A DNA stretch of 64,000 nt from Candidatus Multivorans thiocomprendens (GCA_027493375.1 JAPVWO010000250.1:1743-65742); one strand, 5' to 3'. Positions 21,785-30,832 are shown, counted from the first letter of the stretch. Made by a program: numbers and translations. The notes: generated by a model from the sequence alone, not told the origin.

Positions 21785-22895
21785 CGCGCCAACCGCGGCA
21801 CTGGCGATCGCCGCGCTCGCGCTCGCGGGTTGCGGAGCCGGGGAGGGCAGTTCAGGGCAGGGGCCGTTCGCCCGCTACCCGGAGAAGCTCTCGAGCTGGG
21901 GCCTGTTCACGGGAGAACCCGCGAGCCACATCCCGGCCCCCGGCGTCGAACCCTACGACCTGAACACGGCGCTGTTTTCGGACTACGCGCTGAAGTTCCG
22001 CTTCGTGCGCCTGCCGGAAGGGGCTGACGGCGACGTCGAGCCCGCGCTGTACCGCGAGGAGGGCCCGTTCGAGTTTCCGGTCGGCACGGTCATCTCGAAG
22101 ACCTTCGCCTACCCCGCGGACTTCCGGCTTCCGGAGGACGGTCCGCGGCCGCTGGAAACCAGGCTGCTGGTCCACGAGGAGGGCGGCTGGGTCGGCCTGC
22201 CGTACATCTGGAACGCCGAACTGACCGACGCTGAACTCGCCATCGTCGGCGGACCCCTTGAGGTGTCCTGGATCGATGCCGAAGGCGCGAGGATCGAGCA
22301 CACGTACCGGGTGCCGAACGCGAACCAGTGCAAGACCTGCCACCGGACGGACGGCGAGCGGGTGCTGCCGATCGGTCCCCAGGCCGCGCAGTTGAACCGC
22401 AACTTCGTCTATGCCGAGACCGACGGCTCCACCCTCTCCGAGAACCAGCTCGAGCGATGGCGGCGACTGGGCTTCCTCGAGGGCGCGCCGCCGGCTGCCG
22501 AGACGCCCCGCGCACCGGTCTGGAACGTCGGGCTCTCCGGCAGCGTCGACGAGCGGGCGCGCACCTGGCTCGACATCAACTGCGCCCATTGCCACAACCT
22601 GAAGGGAAGCGGACGCACGTCGGGCCTCGACCTGCGCAAGGAACACCGGGACCGGACCAGGCTGGGCGTCTACAAGCACCCGGTAGCCGCCGGCCAGGGC
22701 ACCGGCGACCGCCTGTACGGGGTCGTTCCCGGCAGGCCCGACGAATCGATCCTCGTCTACCGGATCGAATCGACGCACCCCGGCATCATGATGCCCGAGC
22801 TCGGCCGCGGTCTCGTCGACATCGAGTCGGTGGCCCTGATCCGCCAGTGGATCCTGGAGATGGAACCGCCGGAACAGCGGGAGCGGGCCGGATAA
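21771..22895 (+). CDS. SO_2930-family-like diheme c-type cytochrome, lipoprotein
   Basis: Lipobox ALALAGC. Two heme sites are present, CKTCH and CAHCH. The start overlaps the preceding beta-helix gene by 14 nt. Confidence 0.7.
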   Translation: MALRSAPTAALAIAALALAGCGAGEGSSGQGPFARYPEKLSSWGLFTGEPASHIPAPGVEPYDLNTALFSDYALKFRFVRLPEGADGDVEPALYREEGPFEFPVGTVISKTFAYPADFRLPEDGPRPLETRLLVHEEGGWVGLPYIWNAELTDAELAIVGGPLEVSWIDAEGARIEHTYRVPNANQCKTCHRTDGERVLPIGPQAAQLNRNFVYAETDGSTLSENQLERWRRLGFLEGAPPAAETPRAPVWNVGLSGSVDERARTWLDINCAHCHNLKGSGRTSGLDLRKEHRDRTRLGVYKHPVAAGQGTGDRLYGVVPGRPDESILVYRIESTHPGIMMPELGRGLVDIESVALIRQWILEMEPPEQRERAG

Positions 22896-22897
22896 GG

Positions 22898-22916
22898 ACG
22901 CCTGCCTGTGGCAGGC
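22898..22916. terminator. GC-rich hairpin between convergent genes (candidate bidirectional terminator)
   Basis: cgcctgcc-tgt-ggcaggcg forms a perfect 8-bp stem with a 3-nt loop. It starts 3 nt after the diheme cytochrome stop. There is no clear U-tract. Confidence 0.35.
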
Positions 22917-22995
22917 GACGTTCTCCCGGCCGCCTGCGGCGGCGGCCGGCGGGGACGCCGGCGCACCCAGTGGGCCCGTTCCCGCTGTCCCGGCC

Positions 22996-23652
22996 CTACT
23001 CCGCCAGGACCTGCCGGGTGCGGTGGAAGACCTCGTCCAGGCCCACCGCGTCCGAGGCGTAGTAGCCGCGGACTCCGCCGTCGCGGTCGACGAGGGCCAG
23101 CCGTGCCGCGTGGGCCACATCGACCAGGCCGCCGGCGAGGTCCAGCCGCTCGCCCATGGGCAGGGCGAAACCGTCGACAACCAGCGAACGCACGTCCGGC
23201 TCGGCGCCGGTGACGAGGCTCCAGTGCTCCAGGTCCAGGCTCCGGCTCCGCGCGTAATCACGGAGCCGCTCCGGCGTGTCGTGCGCCGGATCGACCGTGA
23301 AGCTCACCAGCGTCACTTCCTCCACGCCCTCCTCGCGGTAGCGGCGCTCCAGTTGACGCAGCGAGGCAGTGAGGCGTGGACAGACCGTGGCGCAACGCGT
23401 GAACAGGAAGGACGCGACGTAGACCCCGCCAGCCAGATCGTCGCTGCCGAACGACCCGCCGTTCTGGTCGACCAGCCGCCACTGCGGCAACTGGCGCAGG
23501 ACCGGCGGCGGGTCGGGTTCGAACCGGAGCAGCGGCCGGAGCGCCGGGATCAGGACGAAGCCTGCCAGCGCCGCGAGAAACCAGGGGTTCAGCAAGCTCC
23601 GGCGAGGCTCCCGCGCGCCTCCATCGAGGCCGGAACGAGGGTCCTCGGACAT
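22996..23652 (-). CDS. SCO1/SenC family copper chaperone (thioredoxin fold)
   Basis: N-terminal TM segment. Motif FLFTRCATVCP (C-x3-C) is present, with a downstream His (VAHAARLALVDRDG). It is divergent from the ActA operon. Confidence 0.85.
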   Translation of the reverse strand: MSEDPRSGLDGGAREPRRSLLNPWFLAALAGFVLIPALRPLLRFEPDPPPVLRQLPQWRLVDQNGGSFGSDDLAGGVYVASFLFTRCATVCPRLTASLRQLERRYREEGVEEVTLVSFTVDPAHDTPERLRDYARSRSLDLEHWSLVTGAEPDVRSLVVDGFALPMGERLDLAGGLVDVAHAARLALVDRDGGVRGYYASDAVGLDEVFHRTRQVLAE

Positions 23653-23668
23653 GATCCGAGCCTATCCG

Positions 23669-23697
23669 GGCGCCGGGCTTTGACCGCCTCGATAGCA
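23669..23697 (+). promoter_or_regulatory. Sigma-70-like promoter candidate for the ActA operon
   Basis: TTGACC (23669-23674), a 17-nt spacer, then TACACT (23692-23697). It lies in the 74-nt divergent region between SCO and actA. Confidence 0.4.
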
Positions 23698-23762
23698 CGC
23701 TGTACACTCCGCGCGATCTCGGAGGGGTGCAGGGCTCATACCCTGCTTCGGGGTACGGAGTT

Positions 23763-24410
23763 TTGGCACAGATCTTCCCCAAGTGGACTCTCAAGGTTCC
23801 GCTCTACGTGGCGCTTGCCCTGCCGGTGGGCGGCGGTGCCGTAGCGGGCGGCATCTGGTACTTCTTCTCGCCCGAGTACACCGATGTCGGCTACCGGCCG
23901 GCGCAGCCCGTGCCCTACAGCCACGCGCTCCACGTCGGCGAACTCGGCCTCGACTGCCGTTACTGCCACGCCTCGGTCGAGGAGTCGGCGGTGTCCAACG
24001 TCCCCCCGACCCAGGTCTGCATGAACTGCCACCACGTCGCCGTCCGGGACAGCGAGCTGCTGGAACCGATTCGCAAGAGCATCGAACAGGGTCGTCCGAT
24101 GCGCTGGGTGCGCATCCACAACCTTCCCGACTACGCGTTCTTCGACCACAGCGTTCATGTCGGGGCCGGTGTCGGCTGCCGGACCTGCCACGGTCCGGTC
24201 CACGAGATGGAGGTCGTGTCCCAGGTGGAGCCTCTGAGCATGAGTTGGTGCCTCGACTGTCACCGCGACCCGGGTCCGCACCTGCGGCCGCTCGAAGCGG
24301 TGACCGACATGGAGTGGATTCCGACCGGAGACCACGAGGCCTTCGCCGAGCTGGCGATCGCGGAACGGGCGCTGGCGCCTCCTGAAGACTGCACGGCGTG
24401 CCACCGATGA
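23763..24410 (+). CDS. actA: Alternative complex III subunit ActA, membrane-anchored pentaheme cytochrome c
   Basis: Five CxxCH sites are present: CRYCH, CMNCH, CRTCH, CLDCH and CTACH. The N-terminus ...AQIFPKWTLKVPLYV matches the usual ActA/NrfH-like start, so I prefer the TTG at 23763. The GTG at 23727 is the longest alternative. Confidence 0.85.
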   Translation: MAQIFPKWTLKVPLYVALALPVGGGAVAGGIWYFFSPEYTDVGYRPAQPVPYSHALHVGELGLDCRYCHASVEESAVSNVPPTQVCMNCHHVAVRDSELLEPIRKSIEQGRPMRWVRIHNLPDYAFFDHSVHVGAGVGCRTCHGPVHEMEVVSQVEPLSMSWCLDCHRDPGPHLRPLEAVTDMEWIPTGDHEAFAELAIAERALAPPEDCTACHR

Positions 24411-27400
24411 GCGCGGGCAACGGCAAGCGGCCGGACAGAACCTACTGGCGCAGCCTGGAACAACTCCAGGGAGTTTCCGGGCCGGTCGCCCTCCGGCAGA
24501 TCGACGGCCAGGAGCGTGAGTTCCCGGAGGGCGCGTCGGAAGCGCCGCCCGAACTGCTGCGGGACGGCGTCAGCCGCCGCGGCGTGCTCGCCATGCTGGG
24601 TGGTACGGCCTCGCTCGCCGGCCTGACCGGCTGCGACATCATCCGCCGCCCGGTCGAACACATCGTTCCCTACGTCGACGCCCCGGAGGGCATGGTCCCC
24701 GGCGTTCCGCTGGCCTACGCCACGACGATGCCGTTCGGCAGCCGCGCCCTCGGTCTGCTGGTGGAGAGCCACGAGGGTCGGCCGACGAAGGTCGAAGGCA
24801 ACGAACTCCATCCGTTCTCGGAAGGCGCATCGAGCGTGTGGGCCCAGTCCTCGATGCTCGACCTGTACGACCCCGACCGGTCGAAGTCCGTACGGTTCGG
24901 CGACGAGGCGTCCTCCTGGGACGACTTCGTGGCCGCCTGGAACGAAGGCGACCTCGGCCCCGCGGCCGACGGCACCGGCTTCGCCATCCTCGCCGAGCCG
25001 TCCTCGTCGCCGACCCTGGTCCGGCTCAAGGAAGCGCTCCTCGACCGCTATCCGCAGGCCCGATGGGTGACCTGGGAGCCGGTGAGCGAAGAGAACGCCG
25101 ACCAGGGGACGGCGTCCGCCGCCGGTGAGCACGTCCACGCGCTCTACCATGTGGACCGCGCGCAGGTCCTGCTGACCCTGGACTCCGACTTCCTCAGCAC
25201 CGAGGGCGACAGCGTCCGCAACCTGCGCGGCTACGGCCGCGGCCGGCGCGTGAACGAGGCCGGCGGCGGCACCATGCTGCGCCACTATGCCGTCGACGGC
25301 GTCCACTCGGTGACCGCGGCCGGCGCGGACCACCGCCTACGAGTGCAGAGCGGCCGCGTCGCGGCCCTCGTCGCCCGCCTTGGCAGCGCGCTCGCGGGTC
25401 ACGGCCTGGAACTGCCGGTGGGTGCCGGCGCGCCGGCCGCCGACATCGACGAGGCCTGGGTCGAAGCGCTGGCGCAGGACCTGATCGCACACCGGGGCGC
25501 CGGGCTGATCGTCGCCGGCAACCGCCAGCCGGCGGCCGTCCACGCCGCCGTCTACGTCCTGAACTCGGCGCTCGGCAACGCGGGCTCGACGGTGACGTAC
25601 CACCGGACGCCCGACAGCGGCAGTTCGAGCGACGCGGACCTTGCCGCCCTGTCGTCGGCGATCCGGGAAGGCGCGGTCGACCGTCTGCTGATCCTGGGCG
25701 CCAACCCGGCCTACAGCGCTCCCGCCGACCTCGACTTCCCGGCCGCCCTCGAGAGCCTGGGCGAAACGGCCGCGGTTATCCACGCCGGCGCCTACCGGGA
25801 CGAAACGAGCCGCTTCGCGCGCTGGCACCTGCCGCTCGCCCACTATCTGGAGAGCTGGGGCGACGCCCGGGCCACCGACGGCACGGCGAGCGTCGTGCAG
25901 CCCCTGATCGAGCCGCTCCACGGCGCGAAGAGCCTGGTCGAGGTGCTCGCCCTGGCCGCGACGGGCGAGTCCCGCGACGGCCGCGATCTGGTCCGCGAGA
26001 CCTGGTCCGGGATCCTCGGCCTGCCGCTCGAGGAGGACGCCGACGAGGCGGCCGCCGCCGGGACCGCGCCGGAAGCCGAGACAGACGCCGAAGCCGCCGC
26101 TGACGGCGAGGTCGAAGAGACCGAAGCGGAAGAGGCCGTGCCGGTCGACCCGATGTCGCTGCCGTTCCCCGTCGCGCTCTCCGGGTTCGAAGTCGCCTGG
26201 CGCAAGGTGTTGCACGACGGCCTGCTGGACGGCAGCGCCGCGGCGGCGGCCGATCTCCCCGCCATCGCGCCCGAGGATGGCGCCGCCGCGGTTCGCGCCG
26301 CCGGCGACGCCGCCCAACCGATCGCCGCGGGCGACGAGATGGAGATCGTCTTCCGGTGTTCCCCGGCGGTCCACGACGGTCGCTTCGCCAACAACGGCTG
26401 GCTTCAGGAGCTGCCGGACGCGATGACCAAGCTGACCTGGGACAACGCCGCCCTGATCAGCCCCGCCACCGCCGCCGCGCTGGGTCTCGAGAACGAGGAC
26501 CTCGTCACGGTGGCCTCCGGCGGCCGGCAACTCGAGCTTCCCGTCTGGCAGGTGCCGGGACAGGCGGACAACACGGTGACGATCGACCTCGGCTACGGCC
26601 GCGACTTCACTGGCCGGATCGCGAGCGCCGCCAACCTCGAGGGCCACGGTCCGGGGCGCAACGCCTATCTGCTGCGCACCTCGGAGGCGCCCGACCTCGC
26701 CCGCGGCGCGCTGAGCCCGACCGGCGGCGCCTACCCGCTGGCGCAGACCCAGGACCACCACTCGATGGAGGGCCGCCCGATCGTCCGCGAGGCCGATCTC
26801 GACTACTTCGAAGCACATCCCGACTTCGCGACGGCCCACGGCGAGAAGCCGCACGAGAACTCGATGTGGGACGAGTGGACCTACAAGGACTCGCCGCAGT
26901 GGGGCATGACGATCGACCTGAACGCCTGCGTCGGCTGCAACGCCTGCATGATCGCCTGCCAGAGCGAGAACAACGTGCCGATCGTCGGCAAGGAGCAGGT
27001 GATGGAGGGCCGGGAGATGCACTGGCTCCGCATCGACCGCTACTTCTCCGACGAGGGAGAATCCCGCGGCATGCTCCGGGACCTCGTCCACGACCTCCCC
27101 AACGAGCCGCGGACGAGCTTCCAGCCGGTGCCCTGCATGCAGTGCGAGAACGCGCCCTGCGAGCAGGTCTGCCCGGTCGCGGCCACCGTGCACGACAGCG
27201 AAGGGCTGAACGCGATGGTCTACAACCGTTGCATCGGCACCCGCTACTGCTCGAACAACTGCCCCTACAAGGTACGGCGCTTCAACTACTTCAACTTCAC
27301 CAAGGACACTCCCGAGGTGATGAAGCTGGGCAAGAACCCGGACGTCACGATCCGTTCCCGGGGCGTCATGGAGAAGTGCACGTACTGCGTCCAGCGAATC

Positions 27401-27691
27401 AGCCGGGCGAAGGTCGACGCCAAGCAGGACGGCCGGCCCCTGGCCGACGGCGACGTGGTCACCGCCTGCCAGCAGGCCTGTCCGGCCGAGGCGATCCGCT
27501 TCGGCGACATCACGGATGCCGCCAGCGGCGTTTCCCAGGCGAAGGCCAGTCCCCGCAACTACAAGTTGCTCGACGACCTGCACACGAAGCCCCGGACGAC
27601 CTACCTCGCGAAGATCCGCCACCCGAACCGCGACATCACGCCGGCGCCGCCACCCGCCGAAGACCACGGCGGCGGCGAGGACGCGCACTGA
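24407..27691 (+). CDS. actB: Alternative complex III subunit ActB (Mo-free molybdopterin-oxidoreductase-like B1 fused to 4Fe-4S B2), Tat signal
   Basis: ATG at 24407 overlaps the actA stop (ATGA). YWRSLEQL, Tat motif SRRGVLAMLGG and HEGRPTKVEGNELHP...LDLYDPDRS are present. There is no N-terminal Cys cluster. The C-terminal ferredoxin shows CVGCNACMIACQSENN, CMQCENAPCEQVCP, CIGTRYCSNNCPYK and CTYC...ACQQACP. Confidence 0.9.
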   Translation: MSAGNGKRPDRTYWRSLEQLQGVSGPVALRQIDGQEREFPEGASEAPPELLRDGVSRRGVLAMLGGTASLAGLTGCDIIRRPVEHIVPYVDAPEGMVPGVPLAYATTMPFGSRALGLLVESHEGRPTKVEGNELHPFSEGASSVWAQSSMLDLYDPDRSKSVRFGDEASSWDDFVAAWNEGDLGPAADGTGFAILAEPSSSPTLVRLKEALLDRYPQARWVTWEPVSEENADQGTASAAGEHVHALYHVDRAQVLLTLDSDFLSTEGDSVRNLRGYGRGRRVNEAGGGTMLRHYAVDGVHSVTAAGADHRLRVQSGRVAALVARLGSALAGHGLELPVGAGAPAADIDEAWVEALAQDLIAHRGAGLIVAGNRQPAAVHAAVYVLNSALGNAGSTVTYHRTPDSGSSSDADLAALSSAIREGAVDRLLILGANPAYSAPADLDFPAALESLGETAAVIHAGAYRDETSRFARWHLPLAHYLESWGDARATDGTASVVQPLIEPLHGAKSLVEVLALAATGESRDGRDLVRETWSGILGLPLEEDADEAAAAGTAPEAETDAEAAADGEVEETEAEEAVPVDPMSLPFPVALSGFEVAWRKVLHDGLLDGSAAAAADLPAIAPEDGAAAVRAAGDAAQPIAAGDEMEIVFRCSPAVHDGRFANNGWLQELPDAMTKLTWDNAALISPATAAALGLENEDLVTVASGGRQLELPVWQVPGQADNTVTIDLGYGRDFTGRIASAANLEGHGPGRNAYLLRTSEAPDLARGALSPTGGAYPLAQTQDHHSMEGRPIVREADLDYFEAHPDFATAHGEKPHENSMWDEWTYKDSPQWGMTIDLNACVGCNACMIACQSENNVPIVGKEQVMEGREMHWLRIDRYFSDEGESRGMLRDLVHDLPNEPRTSFQPVPCMQCENAPCEQVCPVAATVHDSEGLNAMVYNRCIGTRYCSNNCPYKVRRFNYFNFTKDTPEVMKLGKNPDVTIRSRGVMEKCTYCVQRISRAKVDAKQDGRPLADGDVVTACQQACPAEAIRFGDITDAASGVSQAKASPRNYKLLDDLHTKPRTTYLAKIRHPNRDITPAPPPAEDHGGGEDAH

Positions 27692-28380
27692 TGCGGCTTG
27701 CCTGGAACTGGCCGCCCACTGGGTGCGCGGGTCTTCTGACCCGCTGCCGCCGCAGGCGGCCAGGAGAACGCGCCGGCCGTCAGGCCGGCTCCGTCCGGGC
27801 GGCCAGATCCATGCAAGCTCTGGCAGCCGTCCTGCTGCTGCTCGGCTGCCGGGGCATGCCGTCGCCCTTTCCGCCGATCCACCCCAACCCGAACATGGAC
27901 TACCAGGAGCGCTACGACCCGCAGGAGGCGAGCGCCTTCTTCTACGACGGCATGGCGATGCGCCAGCCGGTCGCGGGCACGGTGGCGCGCGGGCAGCTCG
28001 ACGTCGATCACCGCCTTCTGTTCGGGCGCGACGACGAGGGTTACTTCCTCGAAACCTCGCCTCTGGCGGTCACCGACGAGGTGCTGGCCCGGGGCGAGAA
28101 CCGGTACGAGATCTACTGCCAGCCCTGCCACGACGAGCGCGGCACCGGTCAGGGCATCCTGTTCGAGCGCGCCAGCACCCCCACCGCCTCCCTCCACGAT
28201 GAACGCATCGCCGCCTACAACGATGGCCGCCTGTACGACGTGATCACGAACGGTGTCGGGTTGATGGCGGGCTACCGCTATCCGCTGACGGTCGACGACC
28301 GCTGGGCGGTCGTCGCCTACGTCCGTGAGCTGCAGCAGGAACGCCGAACGATGCAGGCGGAGCGGGAAGCACGCCAGTAG
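27691..28380 (+). CDS. actE: ActE-like monoheme cytochrome c lipoprotein
   Basis: Lipobox LLLLGC. A single CQPCH site is present. The C-terminal MAGYRYPLTVDDRWAVVAYVRELQ is typical of ACIII ActE. The start is uncertain: the ATG at 27691 overlaps the actB stop (TGATG), and the ATG at 27811 is the alternative. Confidence 0.7.
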   Translation: MRLAWNWPPTGCAGLLTRCRRRRPGERAGRQAGSVRAARSMQALAAVLLLLGCRGMPSPFPPIHPNPNMDYQERYDPQEASAFFYDGMAMRQPVAGTVARGQLDVDHRLLFGRDDEGYFLETSPLAVTDEVLARGENRYEIYCQPCHDERGTGQGILFERASTPTASLHDERIAAYNDGRLYDVITNGVGLMAGYRYPLTVDDRWAVVAYVRELQQERRTMQAEREARQ

Positions 28381-28394
28381 CGCCCGGGGAACAG

Positions 28395-30326
28395 ATGACC
28401 AGAAACAGGATCCTCTTCGGCATCGGCGTTCTCGCCTTCGTGTCCGTGATCGTCACGGTGCGTCTGGGCGGTTTCCTGGTGGACAACGAGTACCGCCAGC
28501 CGGACCGGCAGGTCGCCGCCCAGGAAGAGCTGGGCGAGGCCGAACTCGTGCCACGCCAGCAGGGCATTGCCGACGAGCAGGCCGCGGACGAAGCCGAAGC
28601 GCGGGCGAGGCCCTACGAGGAGGCCGAGTACCGCACGGTGCCGTTCGTCGGCAGCCGGGTGACCGTGTGGGTGCTGGCGCAGCTCCATCTGCTGTTCGCG
28701 GCGTTCGTCCTCGCCGTGCCGCTGTTCGCCTTCATCATCGAGTTCGTCGGCTACGTCAAGAAGGAGGAGCGGTACAACAAGCTGGCGTACGAGTTCACGA
28801 AGCTCCTCTCCGTCTCGTTCTCGATGACCGCCACCTTCGGGGCGTTCCTGACCTTCGCGTTGATCATCCTCTACCCGAAGTTCACGAACTACCTGATGCA
28901 CATCTTCTCGCCGACGTTCCTGCCCTACGTCCTGCTTTTCTTCCTGGAAGCGCTCTTCCTCTACAGCTACTACTACGGCTGGGGCAAGTTCGGGCCGAAA
29001 ATGCACCTGTTCCTGGGCTTCATGCTGAACATCGTGGGCACCGCGATCATGTTCATCGCGAACGCCTGGCTGACCTTCATGATGTCGCCCGGCAAGCGCG
29101 ACGACATCGATGGCGACGGCGTCCCGGACTTCGTCTCCGCGGTCTCGGAGAGCGGCGCACTCCTCAGCCTCCGAGACGCCTTCTTCAACTTCACCTGGAT
29201 GCCGATCAACATCCACCGGATCATCGCGAACGTCGCCTTCGGCGGCTCGATCGCCGCCGCCTACGCCGCCTTCCGCTACCTGCAGGCGAAGTCCGACGAG
29301 GAGAGGGCCCACTTCGACTGGATGGGCTACGTCGGCAACTTCGTCGCCATCATCGCCTTCCTGCCCCTGCCGTTCGCGGGCTACTACCTGGCCGCCGAGA
29401 TCTACGCCTTCAGCCAGACCCTGGGCATCCAGATGATGGGCGGCACGTTCTCCTGGCTGTTCGTCCTCCAGGCGGCCCTCATCGGCAACCTGTTCCTGGG
29501 CGCCAACTACTACCTCTGGCTGGGGATGGGCCGCATGGAGGGCGGCGTCCACTTCCAGAAGTTCATCAAGTGGCTGCTGATCGCGATCGCCCTCTGCTTC
29601 GCCGTCTGGGCAACGCCGCGCTACGCCATCTCTTCGGTCTCCGAGATCGCCGCGATGGGGGGCAGCAGCCACCCGCAGCTTTCCTACCTGGGGCAGATGT
29701 CGGCCAAGAACACGGCGGTCAACATCCTGATCCTCTCGACCTACATGAGCTTCCTGCTCTACCGGCGGACCGGCAGGCAATCGATCCATCCGCACAGGCA
29801 GCTCCTCACCCGCGCACAGGCGATCGTCTTCTCCTCCGCGGCGGCGCTGGTCATCTTCTACGGCGTCTACGGCTACTTCGTCGACTCGGCGACGCGCATC
29901 CGGTTCGCGATTCCGCAGGTCTACTCCGTGCTCGCGGCCCTGGTGGTGATCACGGTGATCGACCTGCCCCTGTACCGCAACGCCGCGCAGTCGGGCGAAA
30001 CCAAATGGGGCAGAATCCCGGCCGTCTCGCAGTACGCCCTCATCTTCATTGCCCTCAGCTTCACCTGGCTGATGGGGCTGATGGGCTACGTCCGCTCCGG
30101 CCTGCGCCAGGAATGGCATGTGTACGGCGTGATCCTCGACACCTCCCCGGACGCCTACACGCCCAGCCTGGGCTTCGCGACGCAGGTCGTCTCCGTCACG
30201 GTTCTCATCTTCTTCGGCCTGATCGGCGTCGTCTTCTGGCTCAGCAGCCTGAGCGGCAAGAAGGACTACGCGCCGGGCGCTGCCGCTGAGGACGGCGGCC
30301 GGCTCGAAGGGGGCCAGACGGCATGA
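28395..30326 (+). CDS. Cytochrome bd-like membrane protein (CydA superfamily, no Q-loop)
   Basis: By eye it aligns to E. coli CydA at four segments. AQLHLLFAAFVLAVP aligns with the H19 region. FFLEALFLYSYYYGWGKFG...IANAWLTFMMSPG aligns with FFLESTFVGLFFFGWDRLG...VANGWMQNP. INIHRIIANVAFGG aligns with the H186 region. GYVRSGLRQEWHVYG aligns with EYGRQPW. It has 643 aa and many TM segments, with only a short loop where the quinol-binding Q-loop would be. Confidence 0.75.
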   Translation: MTRNRILFGIGVLAFVSVIVTVRLGGFLVDNEYRQPDRQVAAQEELGEAELVPRQQGIADEQAADEAEARARPYEEAEYRTVPFVGSRVTVWVLAQLHLLFAAFVLAVPLFAFIIEFVGYVKKEERYNKLAYEFTKLLSVSFSMTATFGAFLTFALIILYPKFTNYLMHIFSPTFLPYVLLFFLEALFLYSYYYGWGKFGPKMHLFLGFMLNIVGTAIMFIANAWLTFMMSPGKRDDIDGDGVPDFVSAVSESGALLSLRDAFFNFTWMPINIHRIIANVAFGGSIAAAYAAFRYLQAKSDEERAHFDWMGYVGNFVAIIAFLPLPFAGYYLAAEIYAFSQTLGIQMMGGTFSWLFVLQAALIGNLFLGANYYLWLGMGRMEGGVHFQKFIKWLLIAIALCFAVWATPRYAISSVSEIAAMGGSSHPQLSYLGQMSAKNTAVNILILSTYMSFLLYRRTGRQSIHPHRQLLTRAQAIVFSSAAALVIFYGVYGYFVDSATRIRFAIPQVYSVLAALVVITVIDLPLYRNAAQSGETKWGRIPAVSQYALIFIALSFTWLMGLMGYVRSGLRQEWHVYGVILDTSPDAYTPSLGFATQVVSVTVLIFFGLIGVVFWLSSLSGKKDYAPGAAAEDGGRLEGGQTA

Positions 30327-30808
30327 AGCTCTCCGTTCCCATGCCGCTGCGGCTGGTCCTTCTCGTGCTGGGCACCACGGCCTTCTACATGTACCTGGGC
30401 CAGATCGTGCCGCAGAAGGAATCCCACCCACCGCCGCCGGTCCTGATCAACGCCGAGATGACGACGGAGGACCTGGTGGCGGTCGGCGCGGAGCTGGCGA
30501 GCGGCAAGGGCCAGTGCCTCGTCGGGTGTCACACGGTCGGCCAGAGCGGCCCCTTGCGCTATCCGGACCTGGACGGCATCGGCGGCCGCGCCGCCACCCA
30601 GGTGGACGGCCTGTCCGACCTGGAGTATCTCGCCCAGTCGCTCTACGAGCCGGCCGTGTTCATCGTCCCAGGGTTTGCCGACGGAATGCAGGCCATCAAC
30701 CAGCCGCCGATCAACCTCTCCGACGACGAGATCAAGGCGGTGATCGCCTGGCTGCAGAGCCTGGGCGGTACGCCGAACGTGACCCTGGACACCGATCTCG
30801 GCTATTGA
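30323..30808 (+). CDS. Membrane-anchored monoheme class I cytochrome c
   Basis: ATG overlaps the bd-like gene stop (ATGA). N-terminal TM segment. A single CLVGCH site and a distal Met (ADGMQAIN) are present. The C-terminus reads IAWLQSLGG. Confidence 0.7.
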   Translation: MKLSVPMPLRLVLLVLGTTAFYMYLGQIVPQKESHPPPPVLINAEMTTEDLVAVGAELASGKGQCLVGCHTVGQSGPLRYPDLDGIGGRAATQVDGLSDLEYLAQSLYEPAVFIVPGFADGMQAINQPPINLSDDEIKAVIAWLQSLGGTPNVTLDTDLGY

Positions 30809-30816
30809 CGTGAACT

Positions 30817-30832
30817 TTCAGAAATTTCTGAA
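30817..30832. promoter_or_regulatory. Perfect 16-nt AT-rich palindrome TTCAGAAATTTCTGAA (candidate operator)
   Basis: Seen directly in the sequence. It lies in the 119-nt intergenic gap inside the cytochrome operon. The half-site TTCTGAAC occurs again at 30864-30871. Confidence 0.3.

Noticed and set aside
25337-27688. Very long antisense ORFs opposite recognisable genes. Examples are 25337-27688(-), 28317-30431(-), 31716-33632(-), 33427-35478(-), 5397-6824(+), 8685-10394(+), 45803-47623(+), 45843-48389(-) and 53531-56596(+).
   Set aside because: Their translations are Arg/Gly/Ala/Pro/Asp-rich and have no motifs. Each lies opposite a gene with clear domain signatures. Long open antisense frames are expected by chance at about 70% GC.
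30817-30832. Assignment of the palindrome to a named regulator (FNR/CRP, Rex, Fur).
   Set aside because: The half-sites do not match those consensus sequences closely enough by eye. I keep it as an unassigned candidate operator.
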